Program-made: the position numbers and the translations under genes
Part shown: piece after piece, positions 7,500 to 18,447 of the stretch
Layout: each line of letters starts with the position of its first letter
Numbering within the stretch: position 1 is the stretch's first letter
Source of the DNA: Candidatus Poribacteria bacterium
GTDB lineage: Bacteria; Poribacteria; WGA-4E; WGA-3G
NCBI GenBank assembly: GCA_007571355.1
Contig: RKRO01000509.1
Coordinates: 1 to 44,589, forward strand
Length of the DNA: 44,589 bases
Direction of reading: 5' to 3'
The notes under the pieces: model-generated
Told to the model about the DNA's origin: nothing
What the model saw: the letters and a program-made list of their open reading frames with translations, nothing else
The model's database searches: none

Positions 7500-8780
7500 A
7501 TGAAACGTGTAATATATGCAAGCCTCATCTGTTTATTTGGCGTGGCGGTCTTTGTACCTGGCAGCGTGGCGCAGGTAGAAGAGATGGCGATTGGGAATAC
7601 GTTCGGCGTTGGTGCGCGGACAATGGGAATGGGCGGTGCTTCGCTTGCACTCGCTGATGATTTTACTGCACTCTATTGGAATCCAGCCGGGATGGCACAG
7701 ATCCAAAAATTTGAGCTTTTTAGCAGCTTCTCACACAATAGGGCAAGTGCGCATACGTATTTTACCGGTGATGCTCTAACGGAGACGAGTCGATCACAGA
7801 TGCGGCTGAATTCTATCGGATTTGTTTATCCGCTAATGGCGAGACAAGGCGGTTTGGCAATCGCTTTCGGTTACAATCGTCCTCAAAATTTTGATTATCA
7901 GACTGCGATTACCGGTATTGATCCGAGCTCTGGAACCGATTTTAGTGGACTCTCTGTTGACGAAATTGATGCCAACAGCGGTGGGATTGGAATATGGAGT
8001 TTTGGCGCGAGTGTGTACGTCGCAAAACGCGTTCTGGTTGGCGGTTCATTGGATTTCTGGCACGGTAACAGCCTGAATCAATTGGATACAACCGCCACTG
8101 ATATCGTGAACGTAGACAGCGAGTTATCGCGTTTCAGATACGACGATGAGGTTGATCGAGAGTATTCAGGCGTTGGTGGTCGGATAGGTCTTCTTGCGCA
8201 TCTGACAGATAATATTAACTTCGGTCTAACACTCGTTGCCCCTACTGAATTAGGTGTTGACGAGCTCTGGTACCAATCGACTTTAGAGGTCTATGATGAC
8301 GGAGAGGAATGGTCGGATTCCGCAAGCGGGTCTCAAACCTACGACATTGAGCGTCCGTTTGAAGTAGGGGCGGGAATCGCTGTCGAATTGTTGAACAAGC
8401 AACTGATCTTGGCAGGCGATGTCCAGCTCACGGATTGGACGCAGACGCGCTACGACCCGGCACCCGCTAAGGATATTTCGGAGGATAACTTTGAGAAATT
8501 CTATGCCATGACACTTCAGGCGCGGCTCGGTGCAGAGTACAGGGTGCCTGTTGTTGACACACATATCCGCGTCGGCTATTTTCGGGATACGGTTCCGTTC
8601 ACAGATGCTGAGATTGAGAATACTCGCGATTTCTTGACGCTCGGCATCGGTAAGATTTTTGAGGATACGATAAAATTTGATATGGGGTACATGCTCGGTA
8701 CATCGCAGCAGAACAGAAATGAATTAACGACGGAGCGGCGGACGCATAGGGTCTTCGCTTCTGCGGCATATCGGTATTAG
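7500..8780 (+). CDS. outer-membrane beta-barrel protein (FadL / PorV / UPF0164-like)
   Basis: 426-aa ORF with a signal peptide. The N-terminal GARTMGMGGASLALADDFTALYWNPAGMA motif is typical of this barrel family. Alternating beta-strand pattern and an aromatic C-terminus (AAYRY). Confidence 0.7.
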   Translation: MKRVIYASLICLFGVAVFVPGSVAQVEEMAIGNTFGVGARTMGMGGASLALADDFTALYWNPAGMAQIQKFELFSSFSHNRASAHTYFTGDALTETSRSQMRLNSIGFVYPLMARQGGLAIAFGYNRPQNFDYQTAITGIDPSSGTDFSGLSVDEIDANSGGIGIWSFGASVYVAKRVLVGGSLDFWHGNSLNQLDTTATDIVNVDSELSRFRYDDEVDREYSGVGGRIGLLAHLTDNINFGLTLVAPTELGVDELWYQSTLEVYDDGEEWSDSASGSQTYDIERPFEVGAGIAVELLNKQLILAGDVQLTDWTQTRYDPAPAKDISEDNFEKFYAMTLQARLGAEYRVPVVDTHIRVGYFRDTVPFTDAEIENTRDFLTLGIGKIFEDTIKFDMGYMLGTSQQNRNELTTERRTHRVFASAAYRY

Positions 8781-8806
8781 GTTTTCGGGTTCCAGCAGTG
8801 ACAAAA

Positions 8807-8845
8807 GACACGGGCGGAGTTGAAACTCCGCCCGTGTCTTTATTT
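8807..8845. terminator. bidirectional rho-independent terminator between the convergent OMP gene and rplQ
   Basis: Perfect 14-bp stem GACACGGGCGGAGT/ACTCCGCCCGTGTC with loop TGAA. TTTATTT follows on the plus strand and TTTTGT on the minus strand. Confidence 0.85.
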
Positions 8846-8879
8846 CAACGTCTTTATTTTCACCCGTTAATGAATGCCA

Positions 8880-9284
8880 TCAAACGAGTTGAATGTACCC
8901 CATCTGTGTGCCATCTCCTTTTCGGAGTTCGCCTCTGATGATACGTGTATAGCCTCCGTTCCGATCTTGGTATCGGGGCCCGATGTCATCGAAGAGTTTA
9001 CGTAGCACAAAATGCTTGTCAAGGGAGGCAGCTGCCTCACCTCTTCCGGGCTTGTAATGCAAATCTGACCCGTAGAGCATTTTTGCGGCTTGCCGACGTG
9101 CCTGCAGGTCACCCTGTTTCGCGAGCGTAATCAGTTTTTCTGCGACGCGACGGAGTTCTTTGCACTTAGGCAGCGTTGTCCGGATCTGTTCGTGTTCAAA
9201 TAGCGCGGTGGCTTGGTTACGAAAGAGTGCCTTTCGATGGCTTGATGTTCGTCCCAATTTCCTGCCGCGTTTTCTATGACGCAT
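8880..9284 (-). CDS. rplQ: 50S ribosomal protein L17
   Basis: Starts [30 protein letters not shown]. Ends in TGA. Confidence 0.95.
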   Translation of the reverse strand: MRHRKRGRKLGRTSSHRKALFRNQATALFEHEQIRTTLPKCKELRRVAEKLITLAKQGDLQARRQAAKMLYGSDLHYKPGRGEAAASLDKHFVLRKLFDDIGPRYQDRNGGYTRIIRGELRKGDGTQMGYIQLV

Positions 9285-9317
9285 CGTCTTCCTCCATGTA
9301 TGCGTTATCGTGAAGAG

Positions 9318-10337
9318 TTATATTGGTGGCTGCAACGGCACTTGTGCCATATCATCTTCGCTGATGTTCGCGTCGTCCATATCGTCTAAGTCCATTCCGA
9401 GGGCAAGTCCCATGTTGGCGAGTTGTTCTTTGATTTCGTTTAGCGAAGTGCGCCCGAAATTCTTGTATTCCAACATGTCCTTTTCCTCTTTTGTGACGAG
9501 TTCGCGTATGGTTTTAATGTTTGCGGTTTCGAGGCAGTTGCTGGCTCGGACTGAGAGTTCAAGTTCAGAGACAGGCTTTGCTAAATAACGATTTCGCCGT
9601 AGTTTTGCCTCATCAATTTCGGGTTCCGGTTCAACGTAATATTCATCAAATTCTGTAAAGAGATCAAACTGTTGTAGTAAAATGGTAGCCGCGCGGATGA
9701 CAGCCTCTTTGGCTGTGATCGTTGCATCTGTCCAGATTTCAAGGTTGAGTTTATCGAAGTTCGTCATATCGCCGACGCGCGTTTCTTCGACCCAGAAATT
9801 GACTTTCTGAACGGGTGAGAATTTGGCATCCACTGGAATTAGGCCGATGTCCTGTCCTGAAGGTCTATGTTCTTCAGCAAGCGAGTATCCTCTGCCGGTT
9901 TGCGCATGAATTTCTATATCTAAACCCTCACATTCGTCGAGTGTGGCGATGTGCTGGTCAGGGTTGATGATCTCAACGCGTGCGTTTGGACGGATATCGG
10001 CGGCGGTGACTTCACCGGAACCTTCCGCTTTCAAGGTCAGCTTTACCGGTTCATCTATTTCTATCTTAAGTCGGATCTCCTTGAGATTGAGAATAATCTG
10101 TACAACGTCTTCTACGACTCCTGGAATCGTGGCGTATTCGTGTTTTACCTGCTCAATTCGAACTGACGTAATCGCTGCCCCTTTGATTGAGGAAAGGAGT
10201 ACTCGGCGTAGTGAATTGCCGAGGGTCATTCCAAATCCGCGCTCGAAGGGTTCAGCGGTGTATTTTGCGTAGTCGGGCCGTAAGGTTTGTAGATCGGTTT
10301 TTAGTCGCTCAGGCATTTCCAGTTCGGATCTTATCAT
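9318..10337 (-). CDS. rpoA: DNA-directed RNA polymerase subunit alpha
   Basis: 339 aa. Contains EPFERGFGMTLGNSLRRVLLSS and a C-terminal domain with LELSVRASNCL. GGAGGAA SD. Confidence 0.97.
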   Translation of the reverse strand: MIRSELEMPERLKTDLQTLRPDYAKYTAEPFERGFGMTLGNSLRRVLLSSIKGAAITSVRIEQVKHEYATIPGVVEDVVQIILNLKEIRLKIEIDEPVKLTLKAEGSGEVTAADIRPNARVEIINPDQHIATLDECEGLDIEIHAQTGRGYSLAEEHRPSGQDIGLIPVDAKFSPVQKVNFWVEETRVGDMTNFDKLNLEIWTDATITAKEAVIRAATILLQQFDLFTEFDEYYVEPEPEIDEAKLRRNRYLAKPVSELELSVRASNCLETANIKTIRELVTKEEKDMLEYKNFGRTSLNEIKEQLANMGLALGMDLDDMDDANISEDDMAQVPLQPPI

Positions 10338-10603
10338 TGATTCCTCCTATGGGATTAAACGAAGTATTAGCACACAGATGAACTGGGGACAGTGTTTTGT
10401 AAGGCTACACATTTGCCACTTCCTAATTCTGTGTCGGAGTCTTATTATTGGACATCCCTGATTCCCACGATTTTTCTAATCAAGGTCTCTTCTGCTTGCA
10501 GCAAGCGGGTATGCGTTTAGCAACAATCCGATTTTGACAGGTGCCCACCGGTTATGGGAAAAGAGAAAATCGGAGCAGAGACCTAGTAATTAAAAATATG
10601 TGC

Positions 10604-11236
10604 CTATCGGGAGTAAAGTTCAATGATGAGTTGCGTCTCAAGGTCTACGGCGATCTGTTCTACCACCGGTGCGCCTTGAACACGTCCTTCTACTTTATCG
10701 GTGTCGACTTCGAGCCATTCGGGGGCACCCCGATGCTGGGCGTATTCTAATGCCTCCTGAATAGTCGCCAGATTTCGGCTCCGTTCACGTGGTGTGATGA
10801 CATCACCGATTTGCACGATATAAGAAGGAATGTTAACTCGCTTACTGTTAACAGTGAAGTGGTTATGCTTCACGAGTTGACGCGCTTGATTGCGAGAGGT
10901 GGCGAACCCGAGCCGGTAAACGACATTATCTAAGCGGCGTTCAAGAAAACTAATTAAATTCTCACCAGCAATACCTGATTGGCGTGCGGCTTTGAAATAG
11001 TAGTTCCGAAATTGTTTCTCAAATACACCATAAGTACGTTTAACTTTCTGTTTTGCTCGTAGCTGTCGACGGTAGTTGTCCCTACCGCGGCGCGGTGGGG
11101 TCTGTCCGTGTTGTCCAGGTGGATAACTCCGGCGTTCAAACGAACATTTTGGACCGTTACAGCGCCGTCCCTTCAAAAATAATTTTTCGCCTTCGCGGCG
11201 GCATAATTTACAAACTGAATCTAAATATCTGCTCAT
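10604..11236 (-). CDS. rpsD: 30S ribosomal protein S4
   Basis: 210 aa, starting MSRYLDSVCKLCRREGEKLFLKG. Conserved position in the operon. Confidence 0.96.
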   Translation of the reverse strand: MSRYLDSVCKLCRREGEKLFLKGRRCNGPKCSFERRSYPPGQHGQTPPRRGRDNYRRQLRAKQKVKRTYGVFEKQFRNYYFKAARQSGIAGENLISFLERRLDNVVYRLGFATSRNQARQLVKHNHFTVNSKRVNIPSYIVQIGDVITPRERSRNLATIQEALEYAQHRGAPEWLEVDTDKVEGRVQGAPVVEQIAVDLETQLIIELYSR

Positions 11237-11254
11237 TCGATTTCCTCAGCGTCC

Positions 11255-11626
11255 TCAAACCCGTCGTCTCTTCGGGGGACGACATCCATTGTGGGGGATA
11301 GGTGTCACATCTTTCATCAAGCTGATTTCCAGACCTGCAGCGGCGAGTGCTCGTATAGATGACTCGCGCCCGGATCCAGGGCCTTTAACTCTAACCTCCA
11401 CGCGTTTCATGCCGTGATCCATTGCCCGGCGTGCGCAGGCTTCGGCAGTCTGTTGTGCCGCAAACGGTGTTGACTTCCGTGAACCCGTGAAAGTCATCCC
11501 CGCATTCGCCCAAGCAACGGTGTTTCCATTTAAATCTGTAATTGTAATAATCGTGTTATTGAAGGTCGCTTGAATATGTGCGATACCTTCAGGAACGTTC
11601 TTGCGTTCTCTTCTTCTACCACGCAA
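11255..11626 (-). CDS. rpsK: 30S ribosomal protein S11
   Basis: Contains [21 protein letters not shown] start with AAGGAG 7 nt upstream. Confidence 0.95.
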   Translation of the reverse strand: MRGRRRERKNVPEGIAHIQATFNNTIITITDLNGNTVAWANAGMTFTGSRKSTPFAAQQTAEACARRAMDHGMKRVEVRVKGPGSGRESSIRALAAAGLEISLMKDVTPIPHNGCRPPKRRRV

Positions 11627-11742
11627 AACGGTTCTCCTTTCTTATGAGTGGTTGCCAGTTGCCAGTACGGTTTTCTACGAAAAACCTTTCAGTTGACAAC
11701 TATTCTGCTGATGACTGACAACTGATGGTACTCTTAACACTA

Positions 11743-12135
11743 CTAGCCACTCTTGCGTGCTGTCTCTTTGGCTTTTCTGCCGACAGAGATCGTCCGCGCT
11801 TTTCCTTTACGGGTTCGCGCATTCGTATTCGTGCGCTGACCACGGACGGGCAACTGCCGCCGGTGACGTAAACCGCGATAACTATTGATGTCCATCAGGC
11901 GTTTGATGTTCTGATCGACTTCGCGTCGCAAGTCTCCCTCAATTTTGTAGTTTTGAATCTTGTCCCGGAGTAGGCTAATCTCGTTTTCTGCGAGGCTATC
12001 AACTTTCTTCCCCGGATCAATACTAAGGTCATTGACGATTTGCGAGGCAGTGTAACGGCCGATACCGTAAATCGCTGTCAGGGCAATATCGATCCGTTTT
12101 TCTCGGGGCAAATCAACCCCTGCTATCCTTGCCAT
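11743..12135 (-). CDS. rpsM: 30S ribosomal protein S13
   Basis: Starts [26 protein letters not shown]. Confidence 0.96.
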   Translation of the reverse strand: MARIAGVDLPREKRIDIALTAIYGIGRYTASQIVNDLSIDPGKKVDSLAENEISLLRDKIQNYKIEGDLRREVDQNIKRLMDINSYRGLRHRRQLPVRGQRTNTNARTRKGKARTISVGRKAKETARKSG

Positions 12136-12205
12136 GCGTCTCCTCCATTTCTGGGTGCCTCTGGATTCTCCAAGGTTCGGAGTATCATCCGGAGGTATGA
12201 ACCTG

Positions 12206-12322
12206 TTATCCTTGTCGCTGTTTGTGCTTCGGGTTTGAAGGACAAATAACTCGAATAACGCCTTTTCGCTTAATAATTTTGCACTGGGAACACATCTTTT
12301 TAACAGAAGGTCTGACTTTCAT
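12206..12322 (-). CDS. rpmJ: 50S ribosomal protein L36
   Basis: Absent from the ORF track because it is under 60 aa. Manual translation gives [38 protein letters not shown] (38 aa) with a TAA stop. Confidence 0.93.
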   Translation of the reverse strand: MKVRPSVKKMCSQCKIIKRKGVIRVICPSNPKHKQRQG

Positions 12323-12347
12323 AGTATCCTCTTTCAGCAAAAAGTGC

Positions 12348-13682
12348 TTAACGCCTTCTACCTTTCAGTTTACGATCTTTAAGGAATCCTTCATAATGGC
12401 GGACTGTCAAGTAAGATTCGATTTGTGACATTGTATCCAATACGACCCCTACAACAATCAAGATAGAAGCACCGTCCACCATGGTAGCTCCGATATTGAG
12501 GCGTGCTGTGATAATCATTGGGATCACGGCGATAGCGGCGAGAAAGACTGCGCCGGGCAGCGTGATCCGTGTGAGTGTCGTATTGATATAATCTGCTGTC
12601 TGTTTGCCTGCCCGGATACCCGGGATAAAACCGCCATATTTTTGCAAGTCCTCAGCCATTTGGACCGGGTTGATTTGTACGGCTGTGTAAAAATAGGTGA
12701 AACCGATGATTAATAACGCATAAAAGGTAAGCCACAACGGTGTCCCTGTCTGAACGAGAGCTAATGCCCCAGCTCGCCACTCCCAATCTGCTGGCAGGAA
12801 ACTAAGTGCTGTCTCAGGAAATTGAATAAGTGTAATCGCAAAAATGATTGGAATCATACCGGCTGCATTAACGCGGAGTGGCAGGTGTGTTGATTGTCCA
12901 CCAATCACTCTACGTCCACGTATCTGCCTACCGTATTGGACTGGAATCTTCCGAACAGACAACGTGATAAAGACAGTCCCCGCAATCGCTACAATGATGA
13001 GTATAACGAGAACCGCGAGGTGTGCGATCCCAAATTCCGGTCTCTCAAAAAGACTGTTTATGACTGTGGTAACCCCACCTGGTAAACCTGCGATGATCCC
13101 AACGGTAATAATGAGCGAAATGCCTTGCCCAATGCCGCGCTCTGTGATCTGTTCACCGAGCCACATAACAAAGGATGTTCCGGCCGTAAGGGTTAGGACT
13201 ACTAGAAAATGCCACCATAAATTCGGATTGCGGACAATTTCGCCTGCTTGACCGGTAATGGTTTCTGGATTCCGCAAGACGATACTAATCGTTATACCTT
13301 GGATGATGCTAAGTATAACAGTCCCGTATCTTGTGTACTGCGTCATCTTTTTTCTACCATCGGGTTCTTTGGAGAGTTTTTCCAAAGAAGGCACGATGAC
13401 ACCGAGGAGCTGCATAATGATTGAGGCACTAATATAAGGTTGTATACCGAGTGCGAAAATAGTCATCTGACTAAACGCGCCCCCGGAAAACAGGTCTATG
13501 AACCCAATGACATTGCCCCCACGTTCCATGAGTTGTTGAAAAAACGCTTCAAGTGCCACATCGTCAATACCGGGCAATGTAATGTGTGCACCGAGGCGGT
13601 AGACAATCAAGAGCAACGCTGTAAAAATGAGGCGTTTTCGCAATTCTGGGATTTTAAAAGCGTTTTGGAATGCCTTAATCAC
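12348..13682 (-). CDS. secY: preprotein translocase subunit SecY
   Basis: 444 aa, 10-TM pattern, starts [21 protein letters not shown]. Conserved position after rplO. Confidence 0.96.
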   Translation of the reverse strand: MIKAFQNAFKIPELRKRLIFTALLLIVYRLGAHITLPGIDDVALEAFFQQLMERGGNVIGFIDLFSGGAFSQMTIFALGIQPYISASIIMQLLGVIVPSLEKLSKEPDGRKKMTQYTRYGTVILSIIQGITISIVLRNPETITGQAGEIVRNPNLWWHFLVVLTLTAGTSFVMWLGEQITERGIGQGISLIITVGIIAGLPGGVTTVINSLFERPEFGIAHLAVLVILIIVAIAGTVFITLSVRKIPVQYGRQIRGRRVIGGQSTHLPLRVNAAGMIPIIFAITLIQFPETALSFLPADWEWRAGALALVQTGTPLWLTFYALLIIGFTYFYTAVQINPVQMAEDLQKYGGFIPGIRAGKQTADYINTTLTRITLPGAVFLAAIAVIPMIITARLNIGATMVDGASILIVVGVVLDTMSQIESYLTVRHYEGFLKDRKLKGRRR

Positions 13683-13712
13683 TTATTTTATATCCTCCTC
13701 GTTTACAGCCTC

Positions 13713-14189
13713 TCAAGCAGCATTCTGGGTATTGCCGTGTCGTCCAAGCACCTCAGTGGTACCACCTCTGGACTCAATTTTCTCAATCGCTGATTTTGAA
13801 AAACGGTGTGCTTGTACTTTTAATTGTTTTTCGAGTTCGCCATCCCCAAGTATCTTGATCAGGGCGTTCTTCCGTTTGATTAAGCCTGCTTCGCGAAGGG
13901 ATTCAGGGGTTACCACTGCAGTATCGGCGAAAAGGTTGAGTGCTTCTACGTTGATAATATCGTATTCGAGGCGTTTGTGTCCGGTACGCCGGGGGCCGCG
14001 CTTCGGAAGTCGGCGCACGATCGGCATCTGTCCACCTTCAAACCAAGCTGGTATCGAACTGCCTGCTCTCGACTTTTGTCCCTTATGACCGCGACCACAG
14101 GTCTTCCCCCAACCTGAACCAGGCCCTCTGCCAACTCGCTTTCGTGCGCGTTTCGCACCCGCCGCGGGTTTCAGTTCATTTAATTTCAT
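13713..14189 (-). CDS. rplO: 50S ribosomal protein L15
   Basis: Starts MKLNELKPAAGAKRARKRVGRGPGSG. I chose ATG 14189 (GGAG 9 nt upstream) over the ORF-track TTG at 14240. Confidence 0.93.
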   Translation of the reverse strand: MKLNELKPAAGAKRARKRVGRGPGSGWGKTCGRGHKGQKSRAGSSIPAWFEGGQMPIVRRLPKRGPRRTGHKRLEYDIINVEALNLFADTAVVTPESLREAGLIKRKNALIKILGDGELEKQLKVQAHRFSKSAIEKIESRGGTTEVLGRHGNTQNAA

Positions 14190-14243
14190 TTGGCTTGCTC
14201 CATTCCTTACATGGCTATTCCGCTGATTGCTGATTGCCAATTT

Positions 14244-14756
14244 TTAGCGTTTCTGGCGTAATTCTTCAACCGATAAATCTCGTAAACGTGCGACTTCATT
14301 AATATCCTTGAGGTTTTTCAATCCGAGCATCGTTGCTTCAGCGATATTTTTCACGTTTCGTGAGGATAAGCATTTCGTCAGCGCGTCTCGGACCCCCGCA
14401 AATTCGAGGATCGCGCGCGTCGCGTGCCCAGCAATGATCCCTGTTCCGGGGCTTGCCGGTTTCAGCAAAACTTTCGCGGATTTAAATTCGCAGGTAATTT
14501 CATGCGGAAGTGTCCCGTTGGTAATAGGCACCCGAATCAGGTTTTTTCGTGCATCGGCGAAACTTTTTCGGAGTGCCCCAGCGACTTCGCTCGCGCTACC
14601 GAATCCGATACCGACAATACCGTCGCGATTTCCAACAACCGTCAGCGAGTTAAAGCTTGGCGTACGCCGCCCTTTACCGACCCGCATCACGCGGTTAATC
14701 GTAATCATACGTTCCTCAAATTCAAATTCATCGGGGTTGATTCTTTCTTTCTGCAA
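14244..14756 (-). CDS. rpsE: 30S ribosomal protein S5
   Basis: 170 aa. Contains VMRVGKGRRTPSFNSLTVVGNRDGIVGIGFG. Confidence 0.95.
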   Translation of the reverse strand: MQKERINPDEFEFEERMITINRVMRVGKGRRTPSFNSLTVVGNRDGIVGIGFGSASEVAGALRKSFADARKNLIRVPITNGTLPHEITCEFKSAKVLLKPASPGTGIIAGHATRAILEFAGVRDALTKCLSSRNVKNIAEATMLGLKNLKDINEVARLRDLSVEELRQKR

Positions 14757-14826
14757 AAAACTCTCCTATCCGGTTCAGTTTCTGTTCCACCGCTATGGGC
14801 GGTGCAGGAACCGGTTTGCGGTGCGT

Positions 14827-15195
14827 TTAGAACTTCAAACCGCTTGCTCTCGCTGCTTCTGCAAGGGCTTTGATACGTCCATGATAGAGATGCCCACCCC
14901 GATCAAAGACGACCACCTCAATTCCTTCCTGCTTGGCTTTTTGTGCGATAAGTGTACCAACGCTCTCCGCGGCCGCTATATTTCCACCGTTCGGCAAAGA
15001 TGCTTTCAACTCAGGTGACAGAGTAGAGGCTTCGGCAACCGTTACGCCAAGTTCATCATTAATCAACTGTACGTATATATGTTTAAGACTTCTGAAAACG
15101 GTGAGCCGCGGTCTTGTGCCTGTACCGCTAATCTTTTGGCGGACGCGCCTGCGCCGCCGTAGATGGTTCGACCGTTTCTTTTTTATAAGTGTCAA
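14827..15195 (-). CDS. rplR: 50S ribosomal protein L18
   Basis: 122 aa. TTG start with AAGGAG 5 nt upstream. Contains [20 protein letters not shown]. Confidence 0.94.
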   Translation of the reverse strand: MTLIKKKRSNHLRRRRRVRQKISGTGTRPRLTVFRSLKHIYVQLINDELGVTVAEASTLSPELKASLPNGGNIAAAESVGTLIAQKAKQEGIEVVVFDRGGHLYHGRIKALAEAARASGLKF

Positions 15196-15278
15196 GGGAT
15201 CTCCTTATTACCGTGGGCGCACGCTCTATTTCATAAGGCTCGGAAATTACACCTTATCGCGTACAAGACAGAGTACCA

Positions 15279-15848
15279 CTAACCAACGGCAGCTTTCCCC
15301 TCTTTATCAGGGACGCGCTCGCCATCGTAGCGGATACCTTTACAAGGTTTATACGTATCCGGTTTACGGATTTGACGAATAGTCGCTGCAACCTGTCCAA
15401 CAAGTTGTTTATCAATACCCCTAACGATGATAGGGGTGTGTGCTTGACCGTCTATGGTTTCAGAGGCTTCAACATTTAACGTTATGCCTTCAGGCGGTGT
15501 GTAAGTAACAGTGTGTGAATAACCGACATCAAGCACTAGATCCTTATCACGGTTGACTTCCGCGCGGTAGCCTGTACCTACGACTTGCAGTTTTTTTTCA
15601 AAACCGTCTGAAACACCTGTAACCATATTTGCGATGAGGCTCCGCGCCAAACCGTGTAAGGCCTTGTACTGTTTAAGTTCACTCTTTCTTTGGACGGTTA
15701 GAACGTTCTCTTCAAGCGTCACATCAATTCCGTCTGGGAGTTCCCAATTCAGGTTCCCTTTAGGGCCCTCTACTTGTACATCGTTCTGATTTAAAGCAAC
15801 TTGTACTTTGTCGGGCAACGGAATCGGTTTGAGTCCAATACGTGACAT
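15279..15848 (-). CDS. rplF: 50S ribosomal protein L6
   Basis: Starts MSRIGLKPIPLPDKVQV. I took the internal ATG 15848 as the start. Confidence 0.93.
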   Translation of the reverse strand: MSRIGLKPIPLPDKVQVALNQNDVQVEGPKGNLNWELPDGIDVTLEENVLTVQRKSELKQYKALHGLARSLIANMVTGVSDGFEKKLQVVGTGYRAEVNRDKDLVLDVGYSHTVTYTPPEGITLNVEASETIDGQAHTPIIVRGIDKQLVGQVAATIRQIRKPDTYKPCKGIRYDGERVPDKEGKAAVG

Positions 15849-15893
15849 GCTATTTCTCCAAATGCGTTGAGAGCTATGTACAACCACAAAACT

Positions 15894-16295
15894 TTACCAG
15901 ACGTAACATAACACCTCGCCGCCGATCTTCTCCTTGCGGCACTCCGGTGTGGTTTTTATGCCGTTGGATGTTGATAAAATAGCGACACCGAGTCCGCCGT
16001 AAACACGTGGTAGGCTATCAGATTTAGCATAAATCCGCCTTCCCGGTTTACTAATACGTCTGAGGTTTGTGATGACCTTCTCTTTTTTGGTATTTCCGTA
16101 TTTCAAATAAATTCTTAAAATCCCCTGTTTCCCATCATCAAGCAGACGATAGTTTCGGATGAAACCTTCTTCAGTCAAAATTCGCGCTATTTCCGCTTTG
16201 ACTTTTGAAGAGGGGATTTCAACGCGTTCATGTCCTGCCATGTTGGCATTGCGGATACGTGTCAGCATATCTGCAATCGGATCGGTCATCGACAT
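15894..16295 (-). CDS. rpsH: 30S ribosomal protein S8
   Basis: Starts [20 protein letters not shown]. Confidence 0.96.
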   Translation of the reverse strand: MSMTDPIADMLTRIRNANMAGHERVEIPSSKVKAEIARILTEEGFIRNYRLLDDGKQGILRIYLKYGNTKKEKVITNLRRISKPGRRIYAKSDSLPRVYGGLGVAILSTSNGIKTTPECRKEKIGGEVLCYVW

Positions 16296-16382
16296 GAAAG
16301 ATTCTCCTTATTTCGTTCTCTGTTGTGAATAGCCGCTGTACGCTTTGTGCATTTGTTGTTGGGCTACACAGGTTTCCGTTTT

Positions 16383-16568
16383 CTACCAACTAGCCTTGCG
16401 GACCCCAGGAATTCTACCTGCCCGAGCGAAGAGACGGAAACAGATACGACACAAGTTAAACTTGCGAAGATACCCGCGCGCCCTTCCGCAACTTTGGCAA
16501 CGGTTATATTGTCGAGTTCGGAACCGCGGGGTTCGCTTCTGTTTGGCAATCCATGCTTTACTTGCCAC
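16383..16568 (-). CDS. rpsN: 30S ribosomal protein S14, short zinc-binding (type Z) form
   Basis: 61 aa with [20 protein letters not shown] (CxxC...CxxC). Confidence 0.93.
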   Translation of the reverse strand: MASKAWIAKQKRTPRFRTRQYNRCQSCGRARGYLRKFNLCRICFRLFARAGRIPGVRKASW

Positions 16569-16702
16569 GGTCTAAGTGCTCCTTTGTTTATTTGTCCAGA
16601 GTGTTATCATTGACCTGCCTGGATCTTAGAAATTAGCTGTGCGTCAGGTCGTGTGGGATTTAGGCATCGACTGAGTGATAAACTTTCTCCAACCGTTCCA
16701 CC

Positions 16703-17242
16703 CTATTTTCGGAATGGCATCCCCATCAATCTGAGCAACTCTCGACCTTCTTCGTCTGTTGGGGCAGTGGTAACAACCGTTACATTCAATCCGCGGATAT
16801 CGTTAACGTTATCGTAATCGATTTCTGGGAAAATTAGCTGCTCTGTCAGTCCGAGGGAATAATTACCTCGACCATCAAAGGCATCCGGTGAAACACCTCG
16901 GAAATCCCGAATTTGTGGCAGGACAACGTTCACCAATCTGTTGAAGAATTCATACATCCGCTGCTGTCTGAGTGTGACTTTGCATCCGATAGCGAAACCT
17001 TCCCTGATTTTAAAAGCAGAAACTGCTTTTTTTGCATGGGTGATAATCGCACGTTGTCCAGCAATAAGCGTCAATTCTTCAACAGCATCTTCCAATGCTT
17101 TCGGGTTCTGCAGGGCTTCTCCAACACCGATATTCAGTGTAATCTTTTCCAATTTCGGAATCTGCATCACATTTTCATAATTAAAATGTTTCATCAATGT
17201 GGGCATGATTTCCGTTTTGTAAAATTCCTTGAATGGGCTCAT
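16703..17242 (-). CDS. rplE: 50S ribosomal protein L5
   Basis: 179 aa. Contains [15 protein letters not shown]. Confidence 0.95.
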   Translation of the reverse strand: MSPFKEFYKTEIMPTLMKHFNYENVMQIPKLEKITLNIGVGEALQNPKALEDAVEELTLIAGQRAIITHAKKAVSAFKIREGFAIGCKVTLRQQRMYEFFNRLVNVVLPQIRDFRGVSPDAFDGRGNYSLGLTEQLIFPEIDYDNVNDIRGLNVTVVTTAPTDEEGRELLRLMGMPFRK

Positions 17243-17314
17243 GAGCCGTGTATCCTATAAATCGTTTATGCAATAAGGTCAATTTGGTAATGCTGCCTGT
17301 CTCAGTATTCTTAC

Positions 17315-17545
17315 CTACTCAACCTTTTTGAGGTTAGAAACATGAATCGTACCTTCGCGTTCAACCACACCGCCTTCTCCCATTTGACTGGGGCGGAGGT
17401 GACGTGTAATGATATGAACACCTTCAACGATTGCACGTTGTTTTTTTGGGTATACCTCCAAAACGACACCTTGCTTCCCTCGGTTTTTTCCGCTAAGGAC
17501 TACAACCGTGTCATCCTTCTTAATATGCAGCTTTGATCGTGCCAC
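17315..17545 (-). CDS. rplX: 50S ribosomal protein L24
   Basis: 76 aa. Contains IKKDDTVVVLSGKNRGKQG (KOW motif). Confidence 0.94.
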   Translation of the reverse strand: MARSKLHIKKDDTVVVLSGKNRGKQGVVLEVYPKKQRAIVEGVHIITRHLRPSQMGEGGVVEREGTIHVSNLKKVE

Positions 17546-17555
17546 AATTGTCCTC

Positions 17556-17924
17556 CTAAATTACCTCCGGCGCAAGTGAGACAATTCGCGTGAACGCTTT
17601 TTCTCTGAGTTCACGCGCAACCGGTCCAAAGATCCGGGTCCCCCGCGGTTGATTCTGCGGATCGATGAGGACAGCAGCGTTTTGATCAAATTTAATATAG
17701 GATCCATCAGCACGACGGTACTCTTTCGTAGTGCGAACGACAACTGCCCGGACGACTTCGCCAGCTTTGACCTGTGTATTCGGTGCTGCTTCCTTAATAC
17801 TCGCGACAATCACGTCACCAACGCGTGCATAGCGGCGGCGAGTCCCGCCTAAGACGCTAATACACATTAATTTTCTTGCGCCAGTATTATCGGCACAGGT
17901 TAATCGAGTATATGATTGAACCAT
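17556..17924 (-). CDS. rplN: 50S ribosomal protein L14
   Basis: Starts [18 protein letters not shown], 122 aa. ATG 17924 follows AGAGGAGGA. The ORF-track extension to 18017 was rejected. Confidence 0.95.
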   Translation of the reverse strand: MVQSYTRLTCADNTGARKLMCISVLGGTRRRYARVGDVIVASIKEAAPNTQVKAGEVVRAVVVRTTKEYRRADGSYIKFDQNAAVLIDPQNQPRGTRIFGPVARELREKAFTRIVSLAPEVI

Positions 17925-18078
17925 TTTTGTATCCTCCTCTATCGCTTTCAAAACGGTCCGTTTTGAAAACGTCAGAGTGTGGATGAAAACCTTCCTTCTC
18001 AAGTGCCAGGCTGGCACTACTTATTATTCCTTCGCCCCAAGTATCAGAAGCGGGGAAGAACATTGGTGTTCGCGCTTG

Positions 18079-18354
18079 TTAATCGTTGGCACCTTCTACA
18101 GCACTGATAATCGTTTGAACACGCCAACGCTTACGGCGACTCAGTGGACGGGTCTCAACAACCTGCACCACGTCACCAACGTTACAATTATTCGTTTCAT
18201 CGTGAGCCAAGAGTTTCTTCGTTTTTCGGACAACCTTCTTATAAAGCGGGTGTTGATAGCGACGAACAACCGAAACAGTAACAGTTTTATCCATACTGTT
18301 ACCCGTCACAAGACCTGTCCGAATTTTACGATGTCTTCGTTTTTCTTCGTTCAA
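18079..18354 (-). CDS. rpsQ: 30S ribosomal protein S17
   Basis: 91 aa. TTG start with GGAGA 6 nt upstream. Contains GLVTGNSMDKTVTVSVVRRYQHPLYKK. Confidence 0.93.
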   Translation of the reverse strand: MNEEKRRHRKIRTGLVTGNSMDKTVTVSVVRRYQHPLYKKVVRKTKKLLAHDETNNCNVGDVVQVVETRPLSRRKRWRVQTIISAVEGAND

Positions 18355-18447
18355 ATTTATTCTCCAAATCAGTCAAAACCTATGCGTGTGTACACTTTAG
18401 AGGCAGACAGTTATAAAAAATCAATGAATTGGATTGCCGAGATAACT

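Noticed and set aside
14190-14240. ORF-track N-terminal extensions of rplO, rplF (15849..15887), rplN (17925..18017), dut (32514..32591), the SMP-30-like gene (33398..33472), the PhyH gene (37600..37671) and the NagA-like gene (29992..30036).
   Set aside because: In each case an internal ATG with a proper SD reproduces the conserved family N-terminus. For PhyH, the extension would lie upstream of the gene's own -10 box.
14308-15018. Long plus-strand ORFs inside the ribosomal cluster (for example 14308..15018, 24076..24765, 27439..28014, 17977..18555).
   Set aside because: They are antisense shadows of highly conserved minus-strand genes. They have low-complexity or odd composition, no SD, and overlap several genes.
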